NCBI GenBank assembly: GCA_949358305.1
Contig: OX442314.1
Span: forward strand, 372,001 to 436,000
Length of the DNA: 64,000 nucleotides
Source of the DNA: Strigamia acuminata
Taxonomy: Eukaryota
Direction of reading: 5' to 3'
The notes under the pieces were generated by a model. It was not told the origin of the DNA and ran no database searches. It saw nothing but the letters and a program-made list of their open reading frames with translations. This document shows positions 63,001-64,000 of this stretch, one piece after another (the first letter of the stretch is position 1; every line of letters starts with the position of its first letter). The translations under genes were made by a program, and so were the position numbers.

Positions 63001-64000
63001 GGCGGTTCAGGAGATACAGCAATTTTTACGTTGGAACCCTCTTTTCCTACTTCCGTGATTTGCAAAGTTGGATTCTTGAGTAATTTTACAAACAAGGATA
63101 AAATGTCTCTAGGTATTTTCTTGTAGGTTTTTGTTCCTTTGTCAGTCGTTAAAGTTACCGTCAACAAGCCATCGTCTTCCGGCTGATATTTGATTTTAAC
63201 CGCTTTAGTTGATTTCCGGACTTGCCTGATCAGTTCAACGAATTGTGGTTTAACGATGTAGTATTCAATTCCTTTTCCAATTGTCCCCGTATTGAGGTCG
63301 TCAGGTTGATCCACAACAGTCACAGTAAATTCCCCATTAGCAGCTGGCGAGACTTTATATTGCAAATTAGGATTCTTAATAAGTTCGACAAAAGAGAAAA
63401 GTAGGTTTGGGTCTATGTGCTTGTAGGTTTTGGACTGTTTCTTTCCATCTTCAACGGTCAACTCATATTTACCATCGGTTCCGGGTTGAATTCTTATATG
63501 ATTGCTCGGATGATTTCGCACCTGTTTTAGCAATGTTAAAAACAGCGATTTAACTGTTATTTTTGTTTGCTTTCCACTGTAGTTGGGAATAAACAATACA
63601 TCTTCGTCTCCTGATTTGCCTATAACTTGGTACTGTAATGAAGGATCTTTGAGCAATCGAATAAAAGCTTCGCCAGTATTTGTCGGTAAATCAGCATAGG
63701 TTTCCTTTTTCCCACTTGACTTATTAGTCACAGTTATTGTGTACTTATTGCCTTTTGTTGATATTTGAATTGAATAACCTCCTTTTCTTATTCTATTGAC
63801 TGCATCCAAAAGTTGGGGTTTTATTTTAAAAATATTTGTTGGTTTTGGTGGTTCAGGAGAAACAGCAATTTTAACTTTAGACCCAACTTTTCCTACTTCT
63901 TTGATTTGCAGACTTGGATTTTTAAGTAATTTGGCAAACAAGTCAAACGTGGCTTTTGATATTTTGTCATATGTTTTTGTTCCTTTGTCAGTGGTTACTG
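57060..64000 (-). CDS. Giant secreted repeat protein, copy 3 (5' end beyond the window)
   Basis: Near-identical to copies 1 and 2; the frame stays open past the ORF-track start to the window edge; convergent with WDR81. Confidence 0.92.
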   Translation of the reverse strand, partial: VTTDKGTKTYDKISKATFDLFAKLLKNPSLQIKEVGKVGSKVKIAVSPEPPKPTNIFKIKPQLLDAVNRIRKGGYSIQISTKGNKYTITVTNKSSGKKETYADLPTNTGEAFIRLLKDPSLQYQVIGKSGDEDVLFIPNYSGKQTKITVKSLFLTLLKQVRNHPSNHIRIQPGTDGKYELTVEDGKKQSKTYKHIDPNLLFSFVELIKNPNLQYKVSPAANGEFTVTVVDQPDDLNTGTIGKGIEYYIVKPQFVELIRQVRKSTKAVKIKYQPEDDGLLTVTLTTDKGTKTYKKIPRDILSLFVKLLKNPTLQITEVGKEGSNVKIAVSPEPPKPSNIITVKPEFLEVVKKIRKGGYSIQIATSGDTYTITVTDDSNGKKKIYSDVPAKIGDAFIRLVKNPSLPYEVLGKSGDKSYLFIPDNSATQTTFTVKPLFLTLLKQVREHPENRIQIQPGTDGKYELTIHEGKKGSKTYKHIDPNLLFVFIKLIKNPDLQFKLSPASATGQFTITLEEQPEDLNIGTIDSDKFLELITKAKSDPSYNLRIGTGKNGLELVITHNGKTKKYPLPAKFLNIIVQLLQSLRTPKTVKHNGQTTFILSDKETQTPIQVDVEFTDLIEEIKKNPTSTFKFKVEPSKNGKFNVIVFIDGKPKELKDQSPEAVKFLMKVTKNPKLPIHVTKEKLKPQQDQTTFIVADEETNSLIEVDVEFTDLIEEIKKNPKSNIKYKVEPSKNGKSNIIVYINGKPNKLKDQSPEAIKFLIKVTKNPNLPIHIVKEEPKHEEPTFVVTDDETNTPITVDLEFTDLIEEIKKNPTSNIKYKVEPSKNGKSNIIVYINGKPKILKDQTPEAIKFLIKVTKNPKLPIHIVKEEPKHDEPTFVVTDEETNTPITVDLEFTDLIEEIKKNPKSNIKYKVEPSKNGKSNIIVFINGKPKKLKDQSPEAIKFLIKVTKNPKLPIHIVKEQPGHKEPHHEKPGHKEPHHEKPGHKEPHHEKPGHKEPHHEKPGHKEPHHEKPGHKEPHHEKPGHKEPHHEKPGHKEPHHEKPGHKEPHHEKPGHKEPHHEKPGHKEPHHEKPGHKEPHHEKPGHKEPHHEKPGHKEPHHEKPGHKEPHHEKPGHKEPHHEKPGHKEPHHEKPGHKEPHHEKPGHKEPHRKEHKPKEVIHVISPGKTSTDPIISIPKNQLALIQTIKSAPQLSISIAPDGPNFKITVSDGQDTKTYPDITPELLNKLITIRNQKDLPFEITPSDDPKKVNINVPNKKKPDVENIDIDIDYLKPLEIVRHQPDTEIEIKPDNEGTFTVTIKPKDGSKPHTLKHVHPNVLNLISKLKTTPHVQFRVKSDKRGKIQLVVPKHQSQPVHTKLTPEIIDLIKNIKRKPQPKVSFKPEKPGTFTVVVQNGKKPEKEYKHISPELIPVITKLYSEPTVEYEIKPGKDDTIEFVPTEPSSNSHRYEVKPNVLDIIRDIKQNPDTEINVKPGPDHTFDIETKEPHKKPKTYPHVNQETLDLIIDLKSHPDVSFTVKPTPKGNFYITVPKSNVKEDNVQITPDVLELIKLLHSPKDVKLNIKPQKDGAFTVVVKDGKKEHVYPNIPKRVLPVVIKLYKNPHRNIQLKPTSDNQIYGNVPEDLPKTTTAVVNKDDVDLIHHIKRHPHTEVTIKRDRKNRPTVVVGHGPDRESYPRVAPNIVNLATKLLTEPKLPFHIYTGRDGRHVLTIPVRPKELIVPNVSKDLLKFVDKHRSHPNLEVVVTSSEIPDHYDVIFQEQNKPIKHFKHLEPKIVQLVVELFNAPTTEYRVQPQPNGKLTVRPSRDDVPTFDVPITPKDLLLIRDFRNPKLNSVIVSPGSKPNTYKVVFDDLYDRSNPLSEDNIQPLFLNFLVRLYTEPSLPLKSAVDEDGHLIVTAPKRVSHNILHDVSPEVLNFLTKHKPTPKDTFSIVLDKKKPHSTKPDSYTFDLNGKKFPHQSPTTVQLASILLSQPKLHTRILNERDGKATVEITAHRPNLVFRNVHPAFLKTSQIARHSPNVELSITRNPDNEINLVISNGPNKLIIENLSPIITQLFVAMFSRPEFPYNFYIDEDNSVTMVIRKDSLHPVFSHIKPEFFDFVKKVRISKLFNIVIKHDEGAYEVEVTIHNDKPRTFQLTPEELQLLVLFATYRDLTFKENKEKDGTTLEIPVVIQASSTVLDFAKLCAATKVHSFPEYKETDVEEPTEEPSDEPEYRLRPELVFEPKIVLRPEYRRRPDYRRQFDSITRDYNTAKRNYAKHPGRLEVGHFERPRHHSRRHHRPQGHELYYKFKKEGAYDTCKCNQAHRSTSQRFREF
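60549..61118 (-). repeat. Coding 30-bp VNTR (EKPGHKEPHH) x19
   Basis: Counted directly. Confidence 0.95.

Overview
Eukaryotic (invertebrate, arthropod-like) genomic DNA with short AT-rich GT-AG introns. The most striking content is three near-identical copies of a gene for a giant (~2,340+ aa) secreted protein that I cannot assign to any family (16075-23190 +, 34180-41321 +, 57060->64000 -). By eye it has 22 ~90-aa repeats split 11+11 around a His/Lys/Glu/Pro decapeptide VNTR (7, 8 and 19 units), with all Cys at the C-terminus. Copies 2 and 3 are inverted and enclose two conserved genes, CMTR1 (43169-49280) and WDR81 (49404-56599), which lie only 123 nt apart. The left half is rich in transposons: a young pol-less BEL/Pao element, a young full-length Ty3/gypsy element with two ORF lesions nested in an older LTR element, a gag-only 2.6-kb LTR element nested in a decayed integrase, DINE-1/Helentron-like elements and several MITEs. 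A 6-exon gene for a small secreted 8-Cys protein (641-2214) is missed by the ORF track. All family assignments come from motif recognition by eye; no searches were run.
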